The notes beneath the pieces were generated by a model. That model saw only the letters and a list, made by a program, of their open reading frames with translations. It was not told where the DNA came from and did no database searches. A stretch of 64,000 bases of DNA from Lytechinus pictus (lineage: Eukaryota): contig NC_087251.1 in NCBI RefSeq assembly GCF_037042905.1, forward strand, positions 34,474,001 through 34,538,000, given 5' to 3'. The translations under genes were made by a program, and so were the position numbers. Below, piece after piece: positions 28,380 through 41,344 of the stretch (positions within the stretch are counted from its first letter, which is position 1; every line of letters begins with the position of its first letter).

Positions 28380-28826
28380 TATGCTTTTCACACTACAGGA
28401 TTTTTCCTTAAACCTGGGAAGTAGGTGGGCCTAAGGGGGTGGCCTTAGCCCCACCAATTTCCCGGGGTTAAGCTTAGCACACTTCAGTTTCACACTACGT
28501 TTTACCAAAGTGGACTAGCACGGTAAATAGTATGGTATGGCCCTGCTAAAAAGCAGGGTTAGCCAGCTAATTGCGGTGCTAAGAACTGCAGTGTGAAACC
28601 AAACCAGGCTAAGGAAAAGTGGGGCTAAGCATTAGCCAATCAAATAAGTTGAAATTGCACGTTGATAACCCCCTGTGTGGCAAAATCATCAATATTCATG
28701 CGCTGTGCGATAGTCCAGGGTTAAGGCATTAACCCCGGCTAAGCAAATAGTATGGGGTTAAGAAAGATAGTGTGAAACCCCAAAAAAGATAGTATGGGGT
28801 TAAGGAAATGCAGTGTGAAAAGCATA
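28380..28826. mobile_element. Harbinger-type MITE, 447 bp
   Basis: TIR TATGCTTTTCACACT / AGTGTGAAAAGCATA with ATA on both sides. Internal repeats of tagtatggggttaag and agtgtgaaa. Confidence 0.8.
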
Positions 28827-30975
28827 ATAGAGTGCCAAAGAGAAAGCCGTACAGAGGCCCTATGGAGATCCTATCACCTGATTGTAGGATGTCCATAAAA
28901 TTTACCATGCCCTTGTGCTGATGGTCTGATGAGCTTATGATGTGTCTAAGGGCTGCAATCTTACCATTTCGAAAAAAAATTGTATAACTCTGCACTAAAG
29001 AAATTTTTTAGACCCTAGTATCGTCACGAATCTGTACTTTACCATACGGTCCTCTCGCATCACCCTAAGGAGATTATACAATGAGCAAGATACAATCACC
29101 CAACGCTGATTGATAGACCAGCAATCAAATGCAATTTAAAAAAAATCAAACGAAAGTTACGAAACTTGATTTTCAAGTAAGGAAACCCTCGTATGAGGGA
29201 CTTGTGCTTGATTTCTTGAGCTGTGTTTAAGTGCAACTCTATCTACAAAGGCCCACAGATGTAAATGGGGCAGTAGACATATTAAAACACCTGGACAACT
29301 GAGTACATAGATAGTGTTATAGAATTCTGGAAACTCAGGGAAGCAGACGAGGTGACTTAGATAAACATGGACAAAGATGTAGAGTAATATGAAGGAGAGA
29401 AATAACATGTTTAAATAGGACTATGTAATTCCAATGGCTCTGTAGTGGAACCATCAGGCAACTTGTGGGGGGGGGTTGACTCGATAGGACAGATTTGTTA
29501 CATCTTGAAGCGACCTGAATACAGGTTGTCAGGAATGAAAAATGGAGCAGTGTCCCTTGAATAAGTTGGTTAGTGGTTGACCTTTAGTTAGTCCTAAAAA
29601 GCATGCAGACAGCTTAAATGATGCAGCCAGGCCCAGTGTTATGAAAGTTAATAGTCCCACGTATAAACAATGCTGAAGTAGTTTACTGCCAGCCCTAATG
29701 GTGCTTCACATGCAGGGCAGATTGGGAGAGCAATGTTTGCGAGCGTGCTCGGAATAGAATATTGTTAACCTGAAACAAATATGAAAGTACCCATAAACAT
29801 CCTGATTAAAGGAGAAATGCTAGGTGACATACATGATAAGCATGGCATAGCGGCACTTACCTGGGTGATACATCACCTTGTCAAGTCTGTGGCATTTCTT
29901 GTTATGTTCTTGGTCATTTTATCATTGTTTTTCCTCTCTTGAAATTGCAATTTCATCCTTTGATATTCACCCCTTACCTTTTAAATGTAATGAGTGATTT
30001 TTTTTTCTAAATAAAGAAGAATATACTACATGATTTTGTGACTCCATGGGAGCTTCGCCCATTTTTTTATGTTCAGAGTTACCAGTTTTGAGAAGAATCA
30101 CCTACCTTGTCAGAAAAGTGTTAGTCATGAACAACTTGACTTGAGTGTTTCCCCTTTTGGAAAATGCCCTTTTATTGCATCAAAGAAGCAAAACTTTCTT
30201 TTAGTTCATCCTTATCAACTTGATACATGGGTGGACTGTCCTTTTTAAAAGGTGATGTGGAGAAGCTGGGAGAAGATGTCTAGTTGAGAGAAGAAAAAAA
30301 ACCTTTGTGTGACAGTCCTAACCCATTGTGATGTGAGGGCATCGTCAAAAGTATCACGGCCCATTTAGGCTGGATCACCAACGGGATCACCAGTCCATTT
30401 CTTAAATTGTACCAGACTTAGTGTAACCCATTACAGACTTATTGTAATGGTCATTTCTAGAATGAAAAGTAAAGCCAGCTGTTATTCTGTTGTCATTCTA
30501 AAAGTTAGTTTTGTGTCAGTGTTTTGCTACTTGTTTGTCCTTCTTTTTTTTGTTCTCTTTCTGTTTTCTCATTTATTTTACATGTATGTTGTCTCTCCCT
30601 CCCTCTCTTTCTCTCATTCTTCTCACCTTATTAAAAAAAAAAATTTATGTGTTATATAAGGGGGTATTGGGTGGGGTGTCGGGTTGCACCTTATTTAAAA
30701 AGAGTTTTTAATTGCGGATATATTTCAGGAACATTTTACATTCAATGCTATTCTATTTAACTTGCTTCTTCTCATAGAAACATGAAAAGAATAATTATTA
30801 ACTTGTATTTCTAACTTTGCAAGTATTGTATGTGTCCTTCATTGTGCATGTTAAGGCAAGGTTAAATGTAAAATACATCAACACCATTACACCTTGACCA
30901 ATGAAAATTGAGTTGGAGATAATCATGTATCCAAAAATATCCAATCTTGTCTCATTTTTCTCTTTCTCCATGCAG

Positions 30976-31121
30976 CTCATGATACCGGCAACCCATTATA
31001 CCAATGCCAGTATGGTCTGCGAGTGAATATCACTGTCAAACAGAGGGATTGTCATTATCCTGTCTCTCCGGAAGGAATGGAATGTTTAGATCATGGATTC
31101 TGCTCCACAAATATCGCTAAT
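30976..31121 (+). CDS. EYS: EYS-like exon B; end of N-terminal module and start of EGF1 (absent from the ORF track)
   Basis: tctttctccatgcAG acceptor and T|GTGAGT donor. Phase 1 in (matches exon A), phase 0 out. Translates AHDTGNPLYQCQYGLRVNITVKQRDCHYPVSPEGMECLDHGFCSTNIAN. CQYGLRVNITVKQRDC parallels recalled human EYS CPLGLRLNVTVKQQFC. Confidence 0.88.
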
Positions 31122-31294
31122 GTGAGTAGATAAATTTTTACACTATTTATATTTTGTGTATTTAGATCCTGTAAGCAATTGTTATAATTTTTCTTTCAAT
31201 TTTATGAATGCTCCACAGCAAAAACACTACAGAAAACTTCCATCAGTTGGGGATGATTAAGTAAATTTTAAGCTTCAACCAACCTATAATTTAT

Positions 31295-31338
31295 TTGGGG
31301 CAATCTTTCGTCCACTCCTGTGGACTTTCTCAAGCCAA
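31295..31338 (-). ncRNA. degenerate minimal type I hammerhead ribozyme variant (Penelope-like element remnant)
   Basis: Minus strand reads GGC-UUGAGAA-A-GUCCAC-AGGA-GUGGAC-GAAA-GA-UU-GCC, followed by AAUAAA. Confidence 0.5.
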
Positions 31339-31429
31339 TTGATCAGTTACAAAGTTTGCTGCCTTTGGTGGTCTGTATCTCCATATTTCTTGATCACTAG
31401 ACCGAAGAAAGGAGACAAGATAGGAGCAA

Positions 31430-31658
31430 AAACACTGTTTAAATTTGTTTATACAATGATGCTTACCATATGAACCTTACAGTAGTTTAAATGGTTTAAG
31501 CAAGTATTTACAATCTTAAACACATTTAATATTTTATTTTTGAGATATAATTCTCAATGAATTATGCAAGGTTGTTTATATTGTTTAACAACTACTTTAA
31601 GGTTCATGTAGTAAACAACATTGTATAAAATTTTAAACAGCATTTTTTTTTTACTGTG
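31430..31658. mobile_element. degenerate foldback MITE
   Basis: Inverted arms ctgtttaaattt..tatacaatgatgcttaccatatgaaccttacagtagttt / aactactttaaggttcatgtagtaaacaacattgtataaaattttaaacag. Confidence 0.6.
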
Positions 31659-34022
31659 TTGTTAGATTAATTTGGTCAAGAATTTCAAAAGAGTTGTTCC
31701 ATTGCAAGAATTGTGAATGCAAGTATTGTTTGAACATTCTTTACAGATCATTTACATTTACATTTGTATGTATAATATTTTCATGTCTAAAATGAAATAT
31801 TGAAATAAACTTGTAAATGGTTTCTTAGATTAAAAGAAAATGCTGCACAGTCACCTTTCCATTTGCTAGATTACAAAGTGTGCAAAACAATGTTGTGTTA
31901 AAATGAAAAAATGATGGATTATAATCTGATACAAAATAAAACATAGAAAAGTAGGAATACTAATCAATTTATAAGGTTGATGTCCTTATTCACGAATGAA
32001 AAATGCATGTATGAGCTCTCTCAAATGTCATTTACTTTCATTCAGCTTGGAAGGTACAAGGAAGTCTTTTTTTCATGAACTTAACCAGACATCCCAGGGT
32101 GTCTGTAAGACAACCTATCTGTATTTGACTGATCAGGGTGTGCAACCAAGTGAAAGTAAATGAATAAGTAAAAAGGAAAGATGTGAATTTTTTATAATAA
32201 CTTCACATCTACTGTAGATTCTCACATAGGTGAGAGTCAGAAGGAAATACATTCGTGTATGGAGTAACGTCCTTCTAGCTTTAAAGTATATTGACAAAGT
32301 GCTTCATAATGCCCAAATCAAATTTCCCTCTACTCTTCAATAACTAATATTGTGTCTCTATTTTCCATTCGGTGTTTATTAAAGTGGATATAGTGGATTA
32401 TGAATCATAGGCCCACTCATTAATGGTTACATTAAAAGGGCTATGGATAAAAAAATGATTGTTTTCAAATCAATATTCCATAGTCCTTGTTGGTTATCCG
32501 ACTAATGTGAAACTGCCCCCATTATGCAATCCCAGTTCCAAGATCCTCTAACATCTTGAATGGAGATCATCACCATCATATTTTAAGGATGGACATCTTT
32601 AAATAATTCATTCTTAGATACATGCTCATGCATTTTTTTCACTGGAAACAAACTACACAGACTTATGTTTATGCTCATGCAAAGCAGGTACCTTTTCCCT
32701 CAAAACCATGTTAGTCTCTATACAAATAAAATTATAGGTTAATCCATTCTCTGAAGTATAGATTGGCTGATCTCAAAAGGGTATAGTTTAAGACTAATTA
32801 TAAATTTATGAAACACAGTTCATTTATTTATTTATGATTTTTTCGGCACTTCAAACATATTTAAGATTACAAAGCAATATCAAACATTACATAAAACGAC
32901 ATAAAAATTATACAGGTATGTGCAATATTTGATAGCACTTTGCCCAGTGCATCAGTTGGTGGCCAGGGAAGAGGAGAGCAAACTTAATCACTGTGACCGG
33001 ATGGTCCCTCCGCCCAACCAACCAATGCACTGGGAATACTGGTAAAATATGGCATGAAGAAAAATACAATGACGATTGTGTGAATTATGATACATAATAA
33101 AGGCAAAAAATAAACGCCATTATAACAAAGAAAAAAGATATATTCAAGATAGAAAATCATAAATTAGAAATATAATGTTAATGAGAGACCTAACATAGTG
33201 TTTGCTCTCACTTTAATATAAGAGATACAATTAGATCTTATGGGGGATCCTGCCCCCCTCCCCTGCAACTCTCAAACCATGTATGTGTATGGCAGCATGT
33301 GCACTGCCACTATACATACATCGAAGAGTAAAAGAGATGTCTTGCCTGATAGATGTAGATCTATATTGGTCCATTTATTGAAATGGGTTTTACTAGTATT
33401 TCACTCTGATGATTAGATTGACCTGTGGATGGGTATTCCCCAAATGGAATCTATAGAGATCTATGATCATCATCATAACCTCCCTCTCGGCCCCCTTTCT
33501 AAGTACTGTCACCTGAATTTTAGCAAATGGACCGTTATATTTAGAAAGATCAATCAGTGCAATACTTGACTGGAATTAAATTTGATACTGAAGTAAGAAA
33601 AAAATGAGCATTTCACTTTTACAGTATTGCTCGGATAAGATGCAAGGTTGATTCAGGGATTTTGATATTCACTTCATGAATCTAGCAATGAAATTTAGCC
33701 AAATATTTTGGTAATCGCATTTGCTTTGTATACACAATCATCCTGAGCTTTGCAGAATTATACAGTAGCACTTTTGGTGCAACGTGCTAGTGGCGAGTAA
33801 GTTGGCAACAAAAATGTGATGTCACAATGCTCCCCAATAAGTGTTTTGCTTACTAGTAAAAGGCTAAGTATTGAACTGAATACATAATTTGTAAGCTCAG
33901 TAAAGTGCATGTGCTTGGTAAATGGTTTTCTTACACCCAAGCCTTGAGTAAATCTGGTCTGGAAGTCAAACTTAAATTGGAGTAAAACAGAGATAATAAA
34001 TTGCAACTCTTTAAAATAATTA

Positions 34023-34463
34023 AGGGAAGGCGGGGTAAGTTGAGCCATTTTTTTGCTTTTTTCATGTTAAAACTTATGTATATGATTCAAAATCTTGTAG
34101 AAATAAGTACCTTGCCTTCAAATTTAATTCTTGGGAAACATTTTTACCTATAACATTCTACTTCCACACTGAAAGTCACTGTCACCTTTGAAAAAAAAGG
34201 TGTCAAATGGCTCAACTTGCCCCACCCATGGGGTAAGTTAAGCCACAAAAACTATGTCAAAATCTATTTCACACCCTTTTTTACTTTTTTTGACTGAAAT
34301 GTGTATTTTTCCCTCTGAATTTGTTTGTTTTGTTTCAACATTGATAAGAATGTGGAGGGGTTAGGGGTTATATGGCACCACCATAATATCGGACCTCATT
34401 CATTATTGGCCTAGGGGTGGTGGCTCGACTTACCCCTATGCTCAACTTACCCCCACCTTCCCC
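34023..34463. mobile_element. TA-flanked MITE (Tc1/mariner superfamily type)
   Basis: TA|AGGGAAGGCGGGGTAAGTTGAGC ... GCTCAACTTACCCCCACCTTCCCC|TA, with internal copies of ggggtaagtt.agcca in both orientations. Confidence 0.8.
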
Positions 34464-35168
34464 TACATGTAATACCATTGTCAATTCTCATGGAGGTTTG
34501 AAAATTGAATAATTCTTGTTCTATTTTGTTTATAGAAGCTTGACATAAATTGTCCACTTTTATACAAATTTTTATTTTTCTGCTTTACAATTTTGAATGC
34601 TGATCACTCATTTAACTGCATATCCAGAGGGATACATTTAATGTCAAAAGTTTGTAAAGTAATTTTGCCGCTATTGCGTTCTATATTTGGAGCAGGACTG
34701 ACATTATCAAATTAAAATCTTGATTTCCTTCTATCTCACAGCCACTTCAAATGGTACTATCCTTTGTAATAATTCTTGAAGTGAGGAAGTTTGGTTGTGT
34801 AGCTTACATCCTTTATGAATATTCCTGTCTCTTATTGTCCATCATCCATGTCCAGACAGAGACATTGAGAGTTATTTGAATTTTAAGCAGCATTGTCAGC
34901 TGTGTATAATAAGAAACACGATGACGAGCAACCGAGACCATTCGCAGTGTAGCTCACTCAATATAGAACTTTATGTAATGGTGACATTGATATCCTAATC
35001 AAATGATTGGCTGAAATGTATCACATGACTAGTCAATTACTTTTAAATCTGTGAACATGAAAATGTGCTAATGATTTCTATTAATGACTAGTTAGTCCTA
35101 TTGACTGGTGATAGGTTTGATATGAGGATGGATTATCATATAACAAGGATCCACATCAATATTTTTTA

Positions 35169-35793
35169 CAGTTGAGGCCAAAAGTTTACATACACCCATG
35201 GAATTCAGTGAAATTTGTTTGCTTGGCAAACATCGTAAAATTTACTGTATCTTCAGAAATATAAATACTACCATGGCGAATTTGATATGAAATGAAAGAG
35301 CGTATTAAGCTGATTGAGATGCCATTGGGATTAAAGTATATTTCAGGTGGAATTTTCTTTGAAAAAAGAGTAATATTCATGCCAAATGTATTCTATTGTT
35401 TGTTTTTATATTTTTAAAATCTTTTCATAGAAATAAATGAATGTCAAATCTATGATTTATATTACATTTTCTATCATGATATGTCACCACTGAACAAAAA
35501 AGTGTAATCTGAAATGTTTGTGTTGAGAAGTAACCAGCACAACTGTTTTAGGCAAGTTTTTATTTATTATTTGTCTAAAATATGAAGATTTTTGGGGAAA
35601 ATGACACCTTAATATTTTCCAGCTCCTGATGACAAAGCAATGTGATGACGGGGGATGATATACTCATTTGTTTGATAAAAAAAATTCATGATAGCACAAA
35701 TATTTCATAAGGTACAGTAAATTTTATTATGTTTGGCAAGTGTCAACTTTTCTTTGAATTTCTTGGGTGTATGTAAACTTCTGGCCTCGACTA
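35169..35793. mobile_element. Tc1-like non-autonomous element, 625 bp
   Basis: TA|CAGTTGAGGCCAAAAGTTTACATACACCCA ... TGGGTGTATGTAAACTTCTGGCCTCGACTA|TA. Confidence 0.88.
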
Positions 35794-36189
35794 TATGCTA
35801 TTTTACTGATTATCCAAATATTAATGAACATTCTTTATAGCAGCACAATTTTCTTTGGGTTCATAGGGGAAAAATTGTCCACTTCATTGTGAATTATTGT
35901 AAGAGCTCTGAAATAGAGAATGCTTTTACGGTTTACTATAGATGTTATGCGAATCTGTATAAAAAAGCCAACACATGAGCGATTTTTACAAAAATCGCTG
36001 CATCTAAAATGATCATAATTTTAAATTGTATTTTGCTTGATTAAACCATGGTTTGTGCAGCTGTGGATATCCAACCAAACAACATGAACAAGAAATCTGA
36101 TATATGTTATCCCATCGGGGGAGAGAATTGAACAAGGATACTACTCAAGATATATGCTTAGCTCCTAAGGGAAGGTCAATGACCATCAA

Positions 36190-36510
36190 TAGTTCTCTTC
36201 TCACTCTTTACCTCTATCTCCCTCTTATTTTCTATCACTCTGTATCTTTTTCTCTTTCCATCTCTTTCCCCCTTTCCTTACTCTTTTTCTCCCCTGTCTT
36301 TGTCTCTCCCCCTCTTCCCTTTCTTTCCCCCTCTGTCTTTCTCTTAATCTTATTTTGTCTCTCTTTCCCCCTTACTCCCTCTTATTCTCTGTCCCTCTTT
36401 GTCTCCCCCCTCTTTCTTGCTTTTTCCATCTTTGTCCCTCTTAATTATTTTTTCCTCTCTCCCTCTCTCTCTCCCCCACTCTACCTTTCATCTTCTCCCT
36501 TTCTCACCCT
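36190..36510. repeat. CT-rich low-complexity tract
   Basis: About 320 bp, almost entirely pyrimidine on the + strand. Confidence 0.85.
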
Positions 36511-37540
36511 GATATGGCTGATATAGTTGCAGATTTACATTCTTTTTTCATTCATTTATTGCTAGATATCATCTACTCATTTATATTCCACCTAAGAATT
36601 ATGTATTTCACTCAAAGAAACCACAAGGGCTTTTGAATGTATTATTGCTCTCAATAATGTAGGAGAATGATAGTTGAATGTGCTAGATAAGTGTGCTCTG
36701 AATATTAAAAAGTCAAAGATAAGGTTGATGTAATCTTTAGAACTCTATTGATTGCTATTGACATCTATGGTAGATGTGAACTAATTCCCTGGGGCCTGTA
36801 CATTATAGTCAATCATAGAAAAAGATTCTATAATGATTGCTAAGCTTTGTTTTACTGGCAGCAGATAAGATAGAATGCAGGAAGTTTTTAAATTAAAAGA
36901 AACATCACCAATTACATGATATACATCAGCATTCATACAAGCTTTGGAAAAACTATTGGATTTGCCCTTGACAAATTATTGGATCTGAATTTGCCTTGAA
37001 GAGTCCTTGAGATGTACTTCATTTTCAAGTGAAGTGCTTGAATTGCAAAGCAAGTGCTTGAAATCTATTTTTAAAGTATATTGATGAAATACCATTATTG
37101 GCAATAGCCCAGCAATTAAATGGCTGAAAAAAAAAAGGGAAAAAAAATTCAAAAGTATCAGAATTTCAAACTCTCAAGCTTGTATGAACTGTGTCAATTA
37201 CATGTGAATTAAAGTCTATGATTATTTTTCTGTGACTGTATTCATCAAAGATTGACTATACTGGGAAACTGGGAAACATTTAGTGTTCATACCAAAAGAG
37301 AGATAAATCCCTTTTATCATCAAGAGAAATTTTGATTAAATGAGGAAAGTGGAGATAAGATTTAAGAAGAATCAAAATGCAACCAGATAGTGTTATCAGT
37401 TACCTGAAACATGAACCAACAAACATCGCAATACCATTTAGGGAACATTTTTGATAACACAGTAGGATTTAAATGAGAGAGAGAGAGAGGGGGGAATGAG
37501 TAAGAGAGAGGCACAAACACATAAACAGAGATAGACTTAC

Positions 37541-38311
37541 ACCCCGTCTTAGCAGACACTTTTCTGACTGCCCTACCTTGATAAAAGCAGGGCGAAAAAT
37601 TCCCCTTTCCTATTAAGACGCTGTCACTGGGAGAAAATCAGGACTCTGTCGGGAAGGATTTTTCAGACTTTCGGCCTGTTCCAACAAGGGTGGAAGCGGG
37701 GTAGAAAAACACCTCCACCTCGCTAATACCCGGGTGCACCTTCTGTTAAGACGCGATCGGGGTGCAGTCCATCTGAAAAGCTTGATATTGCGCAATGACT
37801 TGTGCAAAGCGCGTGCCTTATAAGTGCATGGTCAAAAAGAGAGATCGGGTTGTTTACAAATATGTTGCCGTTTTGTTAGTATAACCATTTTTATGTACAT
37901 TGTTGTTAACCATCAATTTTCATTTTCAAAACAATCAAATTTTATATTTCTATTTCGAGTATATTTTACTTGTTGTACACCCCCCTAAAAAAAGTTGTAG
38001 GCTAGCCTATATAATACCCCATTGATCAAGCTTGTTGCATGCTACAGGTTTTACCAAAAGCTCAAGACTCATCTTGGCTGAACTAAAGGTAGCTAATTTT
38101 CATACCATTGCATTGGCATTTTTTCTTAAATCCACGATATTCGTCGGTAATTAAACTTTGTATGTAACCTTTCCGGGTAGGATTTCAGCAAGTGTCGTCT
38201 GTTAAGACGGCGCACGGAGGATACCATCCGTGGTTTTATCGCCTCGTTGAGGAATTCTACCCCGCTTTTTCTACCTGCCCTCTGCTCAGGCACTGTCTAT
38301 TAAAACAGGGC
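37541..38311. mobile_element. degenerate DNA transposon remnant with imperfect TIRs
   Basis: accccgtcttagcagaca versus tgtctattaaaacagggc; internal ttaagacg motif repeated; CpG-richer than the flanks. Confidence 0.4.
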
Positions 38312-41023
38312 TTCAGTCAAGACAGACAGATAGAAGGGATAGGGGGGATAGGGGGAAGGGGGGAATGGGGATGCAGTGGTTAAGGGGGTAAGTGTGAAAA
38401 AAGGGGGCGATCAACTTCTAGTCATTCAATTTGCAGGATTGAAACCTGAGGGGTCATTTCACAAAACTTTGACAGACTGATAGGGCATTGTTAAAGAAAA
38501 AAAAAAGGTCCCAAGTAGATTGCATGTTGTGATAACAAGGAGAAACATTTCATTGAAAGCATATCACCACCAGGCATTGGCGAGAATGCTGTCAAAATGT
38601 TGGCGTTCAATGATGGGGCTTATGATGTCTCTGGTGTATGCTCTCCTGCCAGAGGCCTTCCCGGTGGTTAATGGAATTAAATATTGCATGGACGTGGGCC
38701 GACACTTATGGGATGGACTTTTTCTGACGTTCAACACAGCTGTGCGGTCACAGTTTCCCCCCACTCTCGTATTCTCATCCATCAACCTACTTAGATTTGA
38801 TTTCAATTATTATTGTTAATTTTGCATGTGTGTGATTAGATGGTGTATAGTGCTCTAAAAATAAACAAACATTGTGAAAAAGAATGCTTTATTTTTTGTT
38901 TGTTTATGGAGTTACAAGTATTTAATCTGAGCATTCTGTATTTATTCTAACTCATGTGTAAAATTAAACATTAATCCAGACCAAAAATAACGATGATGAT
39001 GACGATGTAATGGTGATGGTAATTTACAGTTATTAAATAGCACAATTAATATAATGTAATTCTGTCTTTGTGCTCTTCAGAGCATAAAGAAAAGAAAAAG
39101 ACATGTAGCTGAATTCAGTTTGTTGAATTTAGGTACATTTTGGATCATTAAGTTTTAAGAAGTGTTTTAAATATTGCCTCATTGTTGCATTTTGTGACCT
39201 GTTTTTTCTGTGGGGATGCTATTTGGTCTAGTACAAAGTTTTCAATGTATTATCTATGCTCCTTATAATTATCTATAAGATCAAAATGAATGGCGTGCTC
39301 ATCATAACTAGAGTGGAAACTCAACTTAATATCATATCAGACAATTGGTAGTGGCTGGAGCGTAGTATTGCTAAATCCTTTTCATTTTGATAACCGTGCC
39401 AATGGCTGTCACAGAAAAATAACATTGCATTATCAAATCCACGATCCAATTGGACCGAGGGATTTAGGTCAAAGTTATGCTTGCAACGCTGTGCAGGTGT
39501 AACACCGAGGAAAAGAGAAATCTAATCAGAGGCCAGCTTAAGGTTTCTGCCCTCGGCTCCTTGGCGTTTAATAGGCCGACATATTACATCATACATTTCT
39601 TCCATCACCTTGTAGTAGTCTACAAGCACAGACTCAAATTTGACACTTTAAAATATCACTGTGTCTAGGATGGAGACTAGAGTTCAAAGCCCTATTTGTG
39701 TTTTAAGGTCAGAGCAGCCACAGAACGTGAGCGAGTCTAGTCTCATACTTCAGGCTCTGCAGTGTGCATTATGTGCGCTATGATAAAACAAAAGGTCTGT
39801 GCCTGCAGACTAGCCCTAGCCTTGGTGTATGTTCGCAGGAAGTGTTGGAGCCGTGAAGGTACATGTAACACCCTATATGGTATGATTCTACAGAGAGAGA
39901 CCCTCGGAATGTAAGGTTGAGGCGAAGCACTTGACATGTGATCAGTTACATGTAGAATATTTATATGGGAGAGCAGAGATCCGTCATGTTTGTCTCTTAT
40001 TTTCATTTGCACAAACCACCATAGTACTCAATTCAACCAAATAAATTATGGTTTGACTCATTGTGAGATCAAAGATGTTGGTCAAAGAGTCCAAAAATAT
40101 ATTGATTTTTTCCCCTAATTCTACCAGTTTATGTAACGAGGAAAGATTTGTGTGCTGTTTCCGGGAATTTTTCTTTCCTTTTCCATCCATAATTATAGTT
40201 TTAATATCTATGTTTTGTTGTGCTTGCTTGCCAGGAGAAAGAAGTACCCAAGTTGCTGTGCAGAAGACATTGAGTGATTGGAAAAGCCCCTTCGAGTATC
40301 ACATTTCTGAATCATAAAATCCCACAGCAGGGTTTGCCAATTTAGAACCATCTTCCTGAGCTTCTTTTAATAGTTTCCATGGTTCTACATCTACCTCTGA
40401 TAGAAGTTTGATTGCCAATATCCATGTTTGTATGAAAAAATAACAGATGACCACGGAAACAAGATGTTCAAATGAAATTCAAAGCACGAGAATTTCCCAC
40501 TGCAAGCCTCACTCTAAATCACATACACGTGACAAACTACTTTTAGCTTGCTCAAATTTGTTTTCTGGAAAATAGTGATGACAAAGCCCCCAAGCTCTCT
40601 GCCAGAAATGGAAGTAGTAATAAGAACCCAATTTGTTATTTTGTCTCAAGATTTAACGTAGGTTTGTTGGGACTAGCTACCTGAGCGGAAAAGGCTATTT
40701 TTGCATCAGCTGGCCAGAGCATAGCAATATATTAATCCTGGCAGATTCTGGTTGGTCACTGAGTTATATTGATGTGGATGGGAGATGAGGTTGTAAGAAT
40801 CCATGGATGATTCAGCCAGCTCTTCATTTCCATGATACAAGGAATCCATTTTAGTAAGAGCAGCCAAGAGAAAGGTTTAGTCATAGATGAAACAGTCATG
40901 TTGTTTGAATTCGACTGCTGTTGGAAACTGGTAATTTCTCTTGCAAAGTTGTGATATAAATGAAGATTTTATCATGTTTTTTTTACAATATTGGTTTATT
41001 ATTATTTCTCTCCTTCATTGCCC

Positions 41024-41280
41024 ACCAGTGTGTTGGCTCAGCGGTAGAGCATCCGTCTCACAATCGGGAGGTCGGGGTTCGAACCCCGGCCACGTCAGAC
41101 CAAAAGACGTTAAGATGGGAGTTGCTGCTACCCTGTTTGGCGTTCAACGATTAAAGGGATAGAGCCTCGTTGATCTAGCGCTGCAAAGTGGCTGCTGGGA
41201 CCATGATCAATTGGGCAAACCTAATTTTTGGAGTATTTCATTTCATGTCTATTTCGAACAATAAAATATGGATTTTTATT
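41024..41280 (+). mobile_element. tRNA-derived SINE with Meta-like central domain
   Basis: A box TGGCTCAGCGG, B box GGTTCGAACC (41076-41085), then gaccaaaagacgttaagatgggagttgctgctaccctgtttggcgttcaacgattaaaggg and an A/T-rich tail. Confidence 0.85.
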
Positions 41281-41344
41281 TGGTAACTAATGAATAATTT
41301 TATTTTTAGGCTTAATACAGAGACATCGATTCGCAAAAGCTAGT

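Noticed and set aside
33279..33321. Small hairpin as a pre-miRNA
   Set aside because: Too short (about 42 nt) and built largely from TG/TA low-complexity sequence.
36104..36526. 140-aa hydrophobic ORF resembling a membrane protein
   Set aside because: It is the translation of a CT-rich low-complexity tract.
38336..38410. G-run cluster as a functional G-quadruplex
   Set aside because: Folding is possible, but G runs are common in this window and nothing indicates function.
41027..41098. tRNA gene (tRNA-Val-like cloverleaf)
   Set aside because: The acceptor stem pairs poorly and the sequence runs straight into a SINE body with no Pol III terminator, so it is a SINE head.
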